From the NCBI GenBank assembly GCA_965656535.1, contig CBFHKX010000003.1, positions 101,595 through 165,594 of the forward strand: a stretch of 64,000 bases of DNA, in the 5' to 3' direction. The position numbers and the translations under genes are program-made. The notes under the pieces are model-generated. The model saw only the letters and a list, made by a program, of their open reading frames with translations, made no database searches and was not told the origin of the DNA. Shown piece after piece: positions 32,522-41,997 of the stretch. This DNA is from Lishizhenia sp. (lineage in GTDB: Bacteria; Bacteroidota; Bacteroidia; Flavobacteriales_D; Crocinitomicaceae). Every line of letters begins with the position of its first letter. Positions within the stretch are counted from its first letter, which is position 1.

Positions 32522-34222
32522 ATGAAGTGGATCAATCTTTTATTTTTTTTCATATCACTTAATGGCTTTTCTCAAACTAATACAACTCCAACTTATAATG
32601 AGTTAATAGATTATTATTCTAACTTGGCAAAATTAAATCCAGATATTTCATTGTTTAATATGGGAGAATCTGACTATGGAGAAGCTATTTATCTTTGTGT
32701 GCTTGGAGCAGAAAATGACAGTATATCAACATTTGAATCACTTCAAGAGTCAACCACTTTATTAATAAATAACGCTATTCATGCAGGTGAACCTTGTGGT
32801 GTAAACGCATCTATACAAATCGTAAAAGAGTATGTTGTATTAACGTCAGAAGAGAAAAAACAGTATCCAAAAATTGCCATAATACCAGCTTACAACGTTG
32901 GTGGTATGTACAACAGAAGTAGTACTTCAAGAGCAAATCAAATTGGACCTGAGGAATATGGTTTTAGAGGAAATGCCCAAAATTTAGACTTGAATCGAGA
33001 TTTTATTAAAATGGATTCAAGAAACATGGAAGTCTTTTCTAAAATATATCACGGAATAGATCCAGACGTATTTATTGATACACATACAAGTAATGGAGCA
33101 GACTATCAGTATACGATTACGTACATTGCATCCTTACGAGAAAGAATGTCTAATAGTTTGGCAGATATAGTTTATGATGAGATGTTACCTGAGTTAACTA
33201 CAAAAATCAAATCAAACTATAATTACGACTTATTTCCTTACATAGCAATGGCTGGTGATAGAATTCGAGAAGGTATCGTAGCCTTTAACGATTTACCACG
33301 TTATTCAATGGGGTATTGTAATTTATTTAATACCATTTCGTTTACAACAGAAACGCATATGCTTAAACCATTTGAGGAGCGTGTGAGATCTACCTTTGCA
33401 TTTATAAAGGAAACCATTGAGTACATGCAAATTAATAGTGAAGCAATAGAAAAAGCGAGGGTTTTGGCCTTTAAAGAAGACAGTGCCAAGCATTTTTATA
33501 CATACAACTATGTTATAGATTCTGTTAAAAATAATAATTCTAAAATAACGTTTAAAGGATATGACTACCAAGATATTCCAAGTCAGTTAACACCGCAAAA
33601 AAGATTGTTTTACAACAGAGAAAAACCATTCGAAGATGAAATACCGTTTTATTTTCATTATTCGCCCCAAGATACGCTTCGCATACCTACTCATTATATC
33701 ATTGGTAAACAAGCCAAAGATGTAATTCAAAGATTAAAGTTAAATGGGGTAGATGTAGACTTTTTTAATAAAGATACGACTGTAATTGCAAATAGAATTA
33801 AAGTAAATTCGTATGAAACTAGAAACGCTCCATATGAGGGTCATTACTTGCATTATAACACTAAAGTGGAGAGAGCAACCCAAGCGGTGTTAATTAAAAA
33901 GGGCGACATATTAATTAAAACAGACCAAAAGAAGCGTAAATTTATAGTGTCAGTGCTTGCTCCAGAAACGGAAGACAGTTATTTCTCCTGGAATTTTTTC
34001 GATAGTTATCTGCAACAAAAAGAATACTTTTCACCCTACGTTTTTGAAGAAAAGGCAATAGAAATTTTAGACAAAAAACCGGAATTGAAAATAGCTTATA
34101 ATAAAAAGCAAAAAGAAGAAGGATTTGTCGATAGTAGGTGGAATCAGCTGTATTTTATTTATGAGAACTCTCCTTATTATGAGCCTACACATCTCATTTT
34201 ACCAGTATTTGAATTAAATTAA
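32522..34222 (+). CDS. M14-like zinc carboxypeptidase family protein, secreted
   Basis: NAIHAGEPCG (HxxE), NLDLNRDF and FIDTHTSNG; signal peptide. Confidence 0.85.
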   Translation: MKWINLLFFFISLNGFSQTNTTPTYNELIDYYSNLAKLNPDISLFNMGESDYGEAIYLCVLGAENDSISTFESLQESTTLLINNAIHAGEPCGVNASIQIVKEYVVLTSEEKKQYPKIAIIPAYNVGGMYNRSSTSRANQIGPEEYGFRGNAQNLDLNRDFIKMDSRNMEVFSKIYHGIDPDVFIDTHTSNGADYQYTITYIASLRERMSNSLADIVYDEMLPELTTKIKSNYNYDLFPYIAMAGDRIREGIVAFNDLPRYSMGYCNLFNTISFTTETHMLKPFEERVRSTFAFIKETIEYMQINSEAIEKARVLAFKEDSAKHFYTYNYVIDSVKNNNSKITFKGYDYQDIPSQLTPQKRLFYNREKPFEDEIPFYFHYSPQDTLRIPTHYIIGKQAKDVIQRLKLNGVDVDFFNKDTTVIANRIKVNSYETRNAPYEGHYLHYNTKVERATQAVLIKKGDILIKTDQKKRKFIVSVLAPETEDSYFSWNFFDSYLQQKEYFSPYVFEEKAIEILDKKPELKIAYNKKQKEEGFVDSRWNQLYFIYENSPYYEPTHLILPVFELN

Positions 34223-34280
34223 GGTTTTTTGTGATTTATTAGTAGAACAATATTGATTTTCATGTTGTTGTAAAAGGAAA

Positions 34281-35054
34281 ATGAAAATTCTAAACGCAGC
34301 AATTTTAGCCTTGATTCTATCTTCATGTGCTATAGTAGGGCCCAATCAAATGGCAGTTAAACAAAAATTAGGTAGAATTTTAGACGACACCTACAATCCT
34401 GGACCTGTTGGTTTTAACCCATTTACTACAAAGGTGGTCATGGTAAACATCAATACAAGTAATATGGAAGTATCTATTGGATTACCGTCTAAAGAAGGTT
34501 TAACTATAGAATCTGTGGTTTCTGTGTTGTATCATATTGATTCTGAAAAAATAAAGGAATTACTTACGAATACTGGATATAGATACGAAGAAACCGTAGT
34601 TTTCCCAGTGTTTAGATCTGCAGCAGCTGACGTAACCGCAAGATTTTTTGCGAAAGATTTACATAGCGGTGAGCGTTCTGTTATAGAAAAAGAAATAAAA
34701 GAAAGAATGAAGGATCTTTTAGCAGATAGAGGAATAATTATTGAGGCTGTATTGATGAAGAGTATAAAACTCCCTCCAGGACTATATTCTTCTATTGAAT
34801 CTAAATTGGAAGCCGAGCAAGACGTTCAGCGTATGCAATTTGAACTTGAGCAAGAAAAATTAGAAGCCCAAAGAAAAGAAATTGAGGCAACCGGTGTAAA
34901 AAACTCACAGCAAATTATTTCTGAAGGTTTGGATAGTAGGATTTTAGAGTACATGCGCATAGAAGCCTTAAAAGCGCTCTATAATTCGCCGAATTCAAAA
35001 ATTATTATTGGAAACCAAAACTCAAATTCTTCTATACTTATCGATAGTAAGTAA
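34281..35054 (+). CDS. SPFH/prohibitin (band 7) family lipoprotein
   Basis: Lipobox LILSSC; LPSKEGLTI..SVLY, FRSAAADV and IESKLEAEQ coiled coil. Confidence 0.85.
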   Translation: MKILNAAILALILSSCAIVGPNQMAVKQKLGRILDDTYNPGPVGFNPFTTKVVMVNINTSNMEVSIGLPSKEGLTIESVVSVLYHIDSEKIKELLTNTGYRYEETVVFPVFRSAAADVTARFFAKDLHSGERSVIEKEIKERMKDLLADRGIIIEAVLMKSIKLPPGLYSSIESKLEAEQDVQRMQFELEQEKLEAQRKEIEATGVKNSQQIISEGLDSRILEYMRIEALKALYNSPNSKIIIGNQNSNSSILIDSK

Positions 35055-35143
35055 TATAAAAATCGCATTAATATAAATACCTCGACATTTGTGTTGGGGT
35101 ATTTTTTTATTCTATTTTTACACTAATTAGAGCTAAAAATAAG

Positions 35144-35812
35144 GTGGAAATAACCGAAGAAAAAAATAAAAAAAAAGCATGGCCAACAAAAGATGTTATG
35201 CAGCAGATATATGCTTTAAATTTTTGGGGAGAAAATAATACACCATTTTATTCTGGCGAAGGTTCGCATGCAGAACAGATTGTAGCGCCTTACATAAAAG
35301 TAGTACAGTCTTTTTTAAATGAGTTTAAAGGTCAGTTATCTATTTGTGATTTGGGATGTGGAGATTTTAATATTGGTCAACAATTACTTCCGTTTACCAA
35401 GCAATATACAGCCGTAGATATAGTTCCGGAGTTAATAACCTACAATAAAAAGAAGTTTAAGTATTCTAATTTAACTTTCTCACTATTAGATATTTCTAAT
35501 GATTTATTACCCGTTGCAGATTGTGCTATTATTAGGCAAGTTTTACAACATCTATCAAATTCAGAAGTTAAGCGTATTGTTAAGAAATTAAATCAATACA
35601 AGTATATTATCTTAACTGAGCATATATCAAACGGTGATTTTGTTCCCAATATTGATATTATTTCAGGAAGAGGAATTCGCTTAAAGAAGAATAGCGGAAT
35701 TAATCTATTTGAACCGCCATTTAATTTTAAGGCAAAACATCTTAAAAAAATAGTAACTGTAAACCTAAATGGCAAGAAAGGAAGGATAGTAACATGGCTA
35801 ATTACGCTTTAA
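35144..35812 (+). CDS. Class I SAM-dependent methyltransferase
   Basis: YSGEGSH, CDLGCGDF, VDIV and RQVLQHL motifs. Confidence 0.82.
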   Translation: MEITEEKNKKKAWPTKDVMQQIYALNFWGENNTPFYSGEGSHAEQIVAPYIKVVQSFLNEFKGQLSICDLGCGDFNIGQQLLPFTKQYTAVDIVPELITYNKKKFKYSNLTFSLLDISNDLLPVADCAIIRQVLQHLSNSEVKRIVKKLNQYKYIILTEHISNGDFVPNIDIISGRGIRLKKNSGINLFEPPFNFKAKHLKKIVTVNLNGKKGRIVTWLITL

Positions 35813-37109
35813 GATACTGTCTTAAATAACTTTTTGTAAATAATTTAAAACCTGTTTTTTTTGCGTAAAATAAATAATCATTTTCAATCTTAAGTAATTG
35901 TTCAGGTTCTCTTTGAAGTAAACTAAAGATTTGATATTCAATTAGTTTATAAAAAATAAAGGTGTAGTCTTTATATGAGTCATTAAATTTAAAAGTATTG
36001 ATTAATTCAAATGATTTTTTCGCTTCTAGGAGTCGATCTTCACATAAATTCTGAAGAGAATAACCCAATAATACAATAGCGTGTGTGTTATGTCCACTCC
36101 AGTTTGTAGGTTTTAATAGCTCTTCGTAATATTCTTTAATTAATATGGCGATTTTCTTTATATCCTTTACAATTAGTAGAGCAGGAAAAATTTCAATACT
36201 AAATAAGAAAATATCGGTTTCTTTCTTGCGCAAGTACACCATTTGACTATTCCAAATTTCTTCATATTTATCAGTGTTATTCTGCTCTTTATAAAACATT
36301 AAATTATAAGCAAAGCATCTTCCTTTAAGTACAGGGTGAAAATTATTTTTAATTCTATCGATGGAAATTTCTGCTAAATTCTTATCAGCTGATAAATAAG
36401 TGTTAAATCCTAATAGTAATTCATAGAATAGTTTTTCGTGACTCTCATTTTCAGCATACTGCAATGATGATTTGATAAATTTACCATAATACCCATTCAA
36501 ATAAGAATAGTCTATAAACCAATGTAAAACATTTTCTCTGAAGCTGATTATCGGAGTTAAAACAGTAATGATTTCGTTTATAGTTGTAGAATTAAGACTA
36601 CGAAACAAAAGACAAATTTGCGCAGCAAACTTTAGTCGATTTGATTCATCAAATTGCAGTAATTTAGGATCAAAAAGTATTGGGAGCGTTTCAATTTCGT
36701 TTCTGTAGACTTTAGATTTAATGATGTTAGACAATTTCATATGAAATTGAAAGGTGTGTATTTGTGTGTGTAGCCAGTCTAAATCTTCTTGAGTTATTTT
36801 AGTGTTAAGTTCAATATTCAGTACTTTTTTCCACGCATACCATTCGAGGTCACTTGCATAGGTTTTTAAATAGGCTCCGTAATTTTTATAACCTAAATAT
36901 TGACAAAGGCTATTAATTGTTTTTCTTGAGGGGTTGGTTTGAGGCAAAAAACCAAAAAATCTTCGTAATGTATTATAGCTTATTTTTTCATTAATAGCAT
37001 ATTCAACGGCATCTTGAAATAGCTTTAAGTCTGCAACGGATGATACTGGCGCACCAAATTGCCTGTATAAATCAAGTTTTAATTGCTGAAAGTTTTCTTT
37101 GTTATACAT
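35802..37109 (-). CDS. Hypothetical protein with an N-terminal HTH-like segment and a helical C-terminal domain
   Basis: N-terminal ISYNTLRRFFGFL..PSRKTINSLCQYLGY resembles Bacteroidota XRE-like regulators. The rest is helical with no recognisable motif. Confidence 0.6.
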   Translation of the reverse strand: MYNKENFQQLKLDLYRQFGAPVSSVADLKLFQDAVEYAINEKISYNTLRRFFGFLPQTNPSRKTINSLCQYLGYKNYGAYLKTYASDLEWYAWKKVLNIELNTKITQEDLDWLHTQIHTFQFHMKLSNIIKSKVYRNEIETLPILFDPKLLQFDESNRLKFAAQICLLFRSLNSTTINEIITVLTPIISFRENVLHWFIDYSYLNGYYGKFIKSSLQYAENESHEKLFYELLLGFNTYLSADKNLAEISIDRIKNNFHPVLKGRCFAYNLMFYKEQNNTDKYEEIWNSQMVYLRKKETDIFLFSIEIFPALLIVKDIKKIAILIKEYYEELLKPTNWSGHNTHAIVLLGYSLQNLCEDRLLEAKKSFELINTFKFNDSYKDYTFIFYKLIEYQIFSLLQREPEQLLKIENDYLFYAKKTGFKLFTKSYLRQYLKA

Positions 37110-37226
37110 ATTACCTTGGGTGATTGGAATAGGAGTTAAAATTAAACGTTTCTATCAAGTTTTCTTAAAAAAAGATGAAACAGAATTTGTATTTGAACTG
37201 TGCATGCATCAATTTTGTTTAAAAAA

Positions 37227-37271
37227 AATCAAGCCTCAGTAGTAGACACGCTATGTTCTGAGGCTTGATTT
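37227..37271 (-). terminator. Terminator hairpin downstream of the 37344 lipoprotein gene
   Basis: aatcaagcctcag...ctgaggcttgatt inverted repeat with an A-run on its left. Confidence 0.65.
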
Positions 37272-37343
37272 GTTAAGTTGTAGGTGTGTTATAAATTTGA
37301 TTTAAGTTTAAAGCCCGTTTACTTAATTTACTCAGGAGCAAAA

Positions 37344-37643
37344 CTATCTGCACTTGTTTAGTGCTTGCATTAAGGCTTCAGTAAATTGTTTTTGACCTTC
37401 TATGTTGCTATATCTTTGTTGTATCGCATCTTCTTCGTTTTGAGCTCTTTTTAAAAGTTGAATGCTTTTGGGTAGGGCAGTAGTGTCCCCATCAATGGTC
37501 TTTTGAATTAAATGTTGAGCTTTACATTTAAGGGTTGCAATTTTCTCGGCATCTTTCTCTAAAGAGCTAGAACAAGAGGTTGAAAATATTAGAAGCAAAT
37601 ATAAAAAAGGCGCTAGATTTTTTAACTGTCTCATTATTCTCAA
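37344..37643 (-). CDS. Small hypothetical lipoprotein
   Basis: Lipobox FSTSC; helical body with two further Cys. Confidence 0.7.
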   Translation of the reverse strand: MRIMRQLKNLAPFLYLLLIFSTSCSSSLEKDAEKIATLKCKAQHLIQKTIDGDTTALPKSIQLLKRAQNEEDAIQQRYSNIEGQKQFTEALMQALNKCR

Positions 37644-37681
37644 TTTGTGAACAAAGAACGGAATTATTTAATGCCCCACGA

Positions 37682-37753
37682 GCCCATTTTTAGCCCATAA
37701 AAAAAGAAACAACATTTAATGCTGTTTCTTTTTAATGGTGTTTCGTGTAAAAA
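37682..37753 (-). repeat. Copy A of a ~72-bp intergenic cassette (terminator plus ATGGGCT-N4-ATGGGC motif)
   Basis: About 90% identical to 38547-38619 by manual alignment. Confidence 0.85.
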
Positions 37754-37758
37754 TTAGG

Positions 37759-38490
37759 TTAGAATTTGTACATGTCTTTAGCTTGTTCCATAGCTTCTTT
37801 TTGCATTTCTTTAGCTTGTTTCATAGCTTCCTCTTGCATTTCTTTAGCCGTTTCCATGGCTTGGTCAGTAAAATCTTTCGCATTATCCATAATGTCGCTC
37901 ACATCATCAAAACTTCCGCTATTTAATTCAGTATCTTCATCTAATTCACCATCCCATTTTGACGTTGTATTACCATTTGGATGAGTTCCAGAAATATCTG
38001 TCATGTATAATTCAAAATTAACAGTCTTATCCATAATCTTACTTGCATCACCCTCTACCATACCAAACATTGAGTTTGTTACTGTAAAATTTAATGTTAC
38101 TTCTGTTCCTGCTTCACTACCTAAGAAAGTGCTAACTTTTTCAGAATCTGTTGAAAGTTCTGGTGATCCGAAAGTCACACCGGCTGCGTCAAGTAATTTG
38201 AGACTTAGGTATCCCATACCCGGATCTTTTAAACCAATTTCTTCCTTTAATTTAAATGTAACAGGCAGAAGTATTCTTTCTGTTTCTCCGTCTTTAGAGT
38301 ATTGTAATTCATAACTGCCATCAGTTACCTCAATATAGTTAGACGCGATTCCTGGAACGAAAACGTCTTTCACTTCTAAAGTTTTTGCATTAGGTATACT
38401 ACTGCCACAACTTGTAACGCTAGAAAGCACAATAGAAGACAGCAAAACTGTTCCAGCTAAACTCCAAATTTTTTCTTTAAATTTTTTCAT
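37759..38490 (-). CDS. Hypothetical lipoprotein with C-terminal 11-residue amphipathic repeats
   Basis: Start MKKFKEK (38490), lipobox SVTSC, tail QAMETAKEMQE/EAMKQAKEMQK/EAMEQAKDMYK. Confidence 0.75.
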   Translation of the reverse strand: MKKFKEKIWSLAGTVLLSSIVLSSVTSCGSSIPNAKTLEVKDVFVPGIASNYIEVTDGSYELQYSKDGETERILLPVTFKLKEEIGLKDPGMGYLSLKLLDAAGVTFGSPELSTDSEKVSTFLGSEAGTEVTLNFTVTNSMFGMVEGDASKIMDKTVNFELYMTDISGTHPNGNTTSKWDGELDEDTELNSGSFDDVSDIMDNAKDFTDQAMETAKEMQEEAMKQAKEMQKEAMEQAKDMYKF

Positions 38491-38546
38491 AATGTATATT
38501 TTGATTTTGGTTGACACAAATAAACTGCGAAAAAATATATATCGCT

Positions 38547-38619
38547 GCCCATTTTTAGCCCATCACAAAAAGAAACAACATGTAATGTTCTTTCTTTTTA
38601 ATGGTGTTTGGTGTAAAAA
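38547..38619 (-). repeat. Copy B of the ~72-bp intergenic cassette
   Basis: gcccatttttagcccat..aaaaagaaacaacat..tttctttttaatggtgttt.gtgtaaaaa, 865 bp from copy A. Confidence 0.85.
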
Positions 38620-38622
38620 AAA

Positions 38623-38751
38623 TTAATATCCGCCTAATCCTTTCATCATTTCTTCTGTCTGCTTTTGCATATCTTCTGACATTTTTTTGGATTGTTCTTG
38701 GATATCTTTTACCATTTCTTGAGCCTCAATGGCATATTCATTTCCATAGTT
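38623..38751 (-). pseudogene. 3' remnant of a paralogue of the 37759-38490 lipoprotein
   Basis: Manual translation gives NYGNEYAIEAQEMVKDIQEQSKKMSEDMQKQTEEMMKGLGGY*, with the same Met/Gln/Lys/Glu heptad-like tail. It is followed by the same terminator cassette and has no 5' part. Confidence 0.65.
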
Positions 38752-38934
38752 TTATAAGGCTTTTTAGAAAGTTCTCTTTTTTAATTGGCACTATAGCTTA
38801 GTTAAAATTTCCACAAGATTGAAAAAAGTGTAGATATTGATTTTGACTTTTTTAAAATTTAGAAGACTTGAAAGTGGATACTTTAAATCCTTGACATTTT
38901 GTTATATTATCATATTTTTTTTAGTACGACTAGG

Positions 38935-40893
38935 TTAATTTATTACGTATTTTAAATGCTCATAAATCATAACCATTGCAAGTGTATCTAGTTCGCAATA
39001 CTTGAGTAAAGCATTTGAAATTTCTTCTCTTTCATTCTCTTCCATATCATTAAATTGCAACTTTCCATAGGCCGTAAGAGCTACTCCACCATCAGATATG
39101 TTCTCGAGTCCTGAAATTATATTATCTTTTTGCTTTTCTGTCCAATTTGAAAATAGACTTGGAAGCTGTTTATAGGGATCTATAAAACCATCCTTTTCTT
39201 TTCTTAACCATATATGTGAATCATTGTAGTTCAAGCTAGAAAGATTTATCGAAATAATAGGCTGTGTATATTTTTCTTGTAAAAACGAACATGTGCTTAA
39301 TATTGCAGGTAATATTGCTTTAATTGAGTTAGATCCTTTTGTTAGTGGATGGTAGTAATACCGTAACATGATTTGTCTAAGATCAACGAAATTTCTTTTC
39401 GGATTCCATTTTTGAACTACATTTCCGGTTGGAGTCGCGATGTTCCTAATAAATTGAATGAGTTTATGTCTGTCTTTATAATCACTTTGTTCTAATTGTT
39501 CTTTAATTGTATTCAAAATACTGTTTTCATGAGAAGCAAATCTGAAAATTGTACCATTGTCATGATCTATTGCATCTTTTAGAGATTCGATAAATTTAAA
39601 ATTTGGGAAGTCTCCTGTTTTGTTATTTAGATACTGTGATTTGTGTGTAATTTTGCCGTTCTCGTCTATCTGGTGATGTGAAAATTGAAAAGCAACTTGT
39701 TCATAGGGTTTCATGTTTTTTGTAAATGGAATTGCCACAGCACTGGTTTCAAAATCAATAAAATGAAGTGGAAACTTCCATTTTTTCATCTCTTTACTTA
39801 ATTCTTTACAATTAATAAATGGTTGCTTATCTTCAGATACCGCTTTTTTTATTTGAATCCATCTTCTATCGATGGCAGTCAGTTGTTTGGAGGTATTTGT
39901 TGTATTGAAGTCAGCTTTATTTACAGTTTTAAGTAAGATTTTGCCTTTGTTTAAAAATTTTTGACCTCTGAAATTCCATATTTCAAAAATATTGGGTAAT
40001 TCAAATTCTTTTTCTGATATGTTATGCATTGTTTTGAAACAATTTTTAAAGCCTGAGAGCTTGCCTAATTTTTCTTCTTCTGGGTTTGTTTTAAATTCAC
40101 AGTTCTTACATGAGCTGTAGTTAGTTGTCCAATTTGGAAAAGTATTGTTTTTTATTGTTTTTTCGAATTGATTTAGTGCTTTAGAAAATGTTAGCGATCC
40201 TTTATAGGATTGTTCGTTTAATAAAATTTCTTTGATCAAATTAGAAATGTTCACTTTTGTCAGTACAGATGTTTTTATTGCAGTTTCTGGCGAAATCAGA
40301 GTTTTTATATTTTTCCTTTCTTTTCCCTTTTTAGGTAGTCTAATAAGTTGATTCAGTCCGTTAATTGTTGATTTCTTTGATTTATCAGCTAGAATAAAAT
40401 ATGACTCAATTTTTAAATGAGGCATGCAGCGTTGAATTACGTGTTTTTGAAAAGCAACATCGAAAAAATATGGCTTCCAATTACTGTAAATCTTTCCGTT
40501 CTTGCCAATAAAAGAATTTGAATTAGTTGAGTCAAATGATTTAGCTTTAACTTCTATTAGCTTTAAGGTATTGCCTTTTTTAACAATTATGTCGCTCATG
40601 ACGAACAAATTATTCATTAAGAAAGATGCTTCATATATGACTACTTCATCTTGTTTCAATAGAGTTTTGGTTTCTTCCCAAGCAGATTGGTAATCACCTC
40701 GTTGGGCTTCTAAAAAAAAACCATTAGGGTAGTGCATTCTGGCTAAGGCTTCGACTTGAAATCCACCCTCTGCCAAAGAAGCTAAGAATGAATCTTCGGA
40801 AGATCTATTAGCGTAGCGGTCATCAAAAGTATACACGATTTTATTAGGACAACTTAGACCTATTTTAAATTTGGATTTTGTAAGTACCTTCAT
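38935..40893 (-). CDS. DUF2779-domain protein: PD-(D/E)xK (Cas4/RecB-like) nuclease fused to an RNase H-like domain
   Basis: LTKSKFKIGLSCP N-terminus, SDIIVK..LIEVK, CKNCEF..C, FIDFET..PYEQVAFQFSHH, GSNSIKAILPA and LLKYCELDTLAMV. Confidence 0.82.
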   Translation of the reverse strand: MKVLTKSKFKIGLSCPNKIVYTFDDRYANRSSEDSFLASLAEGGFQVEALARMHYPNGFFLEAQRGDYQSAWEETKTLLKQDEVVIYEASFLMNNLFVMSDIIVKKGNTLKLIEVKAKSFDSTNSNSFIGKNGKIYSNWKPYFFDVAFQKHVIQRCMPHLKIESYFILADKSKKSTINGLNQLIRLPKKGKERKNIKTLISPETAIKTSVLTKVNISNLIKEILLNEQSYKGSLTFSKALNQFEKTIKNNTFPNWTTNYSSCKNCEFKTNPEEEKLGKLSGFKNCFKTMHNISEKEFELPNIFEIWNFRGQKFLNKGKILLKTVNKADFNTTNTSKQLTAIDRRWIQIKKAVSEDKQPFINCKELSKEMKKWKFPLHFIDFETSAVAIPFTKNMKPYEQVAFQFSHHQIDENGKITHKSQYLNNKTGDFPNFKFIESLKDAIDHDNGTIFRFASHENSILNTIKEQLEQSDYKDRHKLIQFIRNIATPTGNVVQKWNPKRNFVDLRQIMLRYYYHPLTKGSNSIKAILPAILSTCSFLQEKYTQPIISINLSSLNYNDSHIWLRKEKDGFIDPYKQLPSLFSNWTEKQKDNIISGLENISDGGVALTAYGKLQFNDMEENEREEISNALLKYCELDTLAMVMIYEHLKYVIN

Positions 40894-41660
40894 TGTAGTT
40901 TGTATTCGAATCCAATCAATAAATCAGAATCATAATTTTGAATATCAATATAAGGTGTGTTGTGATAACGATACAATCCTTTTAAATAGAATGAAACTTT
41001 TTCTAAATCATAGTAAAATCTAGGTTCAATAAATATTCTAAAATCATTCTTTTGTGCAGCGTTTAATTGAAAGTAAGTAACCATTAGAAATCTACATTTT
41101 TTCTTAAGGTGAAATTGAGAATAAGAGGATAGATTGAGTCTTATATTTTCAATAGTTAGTAATGAATTGTTTTTTTTTTGGTAAACCTCGTTTTCGTAGA
41201 ACACACCATAACCAATGTCAAAATAATTGTTCGATGATTTTTTTTTAAGCAGAGCTTGTCTAAAGCCAGCACCTGAAACGAGTCTTTTGTTGAGTTGAAG
41301 AGATAAGGCGTTTTGTAATTGAAAAAAAGTGTAAAAAGAATTTTTTCGAACAAATAGATTGTATCTAAGTTGTCCGCTTATATCAGAGGATATTTTATTC
41401 TTCTTTTCAGATAAAAAATCATAATTTACAAAAGCTCTTACAAGGTGATTATTTTTTTTAAAACCACTCAAAACAGTGCTATTGAATTGAAATAGATTAA
41501 TATTACCTGATTTAAAATCGCCTTCTGCATTGAGGCTAAGGAAAATACTACTGTCAATTTCCTTCATTAGAGTTTCTGTATTTATTATTGCCTGGCTAAG
41601 GGAATATTTTATAAAAAAGAAGTTGCCTAAAATAGATAGAATAAGAATGGAAACTCTCAT
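40890..41660 (-). CDS. DUF481-like outer-membrane beta-barrel protein
   Basis: Signal peptide (..YSLS/QAIINTE), alternating beta strands, terminal LIGFEYKL. ATGA and TAATG overlaps with both neighbours. Confidence 0.7.
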   Translation of the reverse strand: MRVSILILSILGNFFFIKYSLSQAIINTETLMKEIDSSIFLSLNAEGDFKSGNINLFQFNSTVLSGFKKNNHLVRAFVNYDFLSEKKNKISSDISGQLRYNLFVRKNSFYTFFQLQNALSLQLNKRLVSGAGFRQALLKKKSSNNYFDIGYGVFYENEVYQKKNNSLLTIENIRLNLSSYSQFHLKKKCRFLMVTYFQLNAAQKNDFRIFIEPRFYYDLEKVSFYLKGLYRYHNTPYIDIQNYDSDLLIGFEYKLQ

Positions 41661-41986
41661 TATCTTACTCTTTTCATTCGTTCTCTCGCTCTTTTGATAT
41701 CTTCTCGAAAACCTTTAATTTTATCACGATACGATACTATTTGGTCTTTCTCTCTTTTTATCTGTCTAGCATACGAATCCCAATCTCTCTTTTTTTGAGC
41801 CCTAATTGAATGTCTAGCTGCAGTAGAAGAAGCATTTTTAAGCTTTCTCGCGAAACGATCTGTATCTCGACTTTTTCTAATTTTAATTTTTGCAATATCT
41901 TCTTTGCAAGATGCAATTTTGGATTTTATTCTGTCAATATCTCTTTTATAGCCTTCTATTTGTCGCTTGATATATTCTTTGCTCAT
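41660..41986 (-). CDS. Small highly basic coiled-coil protein (108 aa)
   Basis: Heptad pattern (IEGYKRDIDRIKSKIASCKEDI..IKREKDQIVSYRDKIKGFREDIKR), Lys/Arg-rich. Confidence 0.7.
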   Translation of the reverse strand: MSKEYIKRQIEGYKRDIDRIKSKIASCKEDIAKIKIRKSRDTDRFARKLKNASSTAARHSIRAQKKRDWDSYARQIKREKDQIVSYRDKIKGFREDIKRARERMKRVR

Positions 41987-41997
41987 ATTTTATGTTT

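Noticed and set aside
38601-38801. Hydrophobic 66-aa ORF on the + strand
   Set aside because: Antisense of the Glu/Lys/Gln/Met-rich lipoprotein remnant; the minus strand is the one that matches the neighbouring gene.
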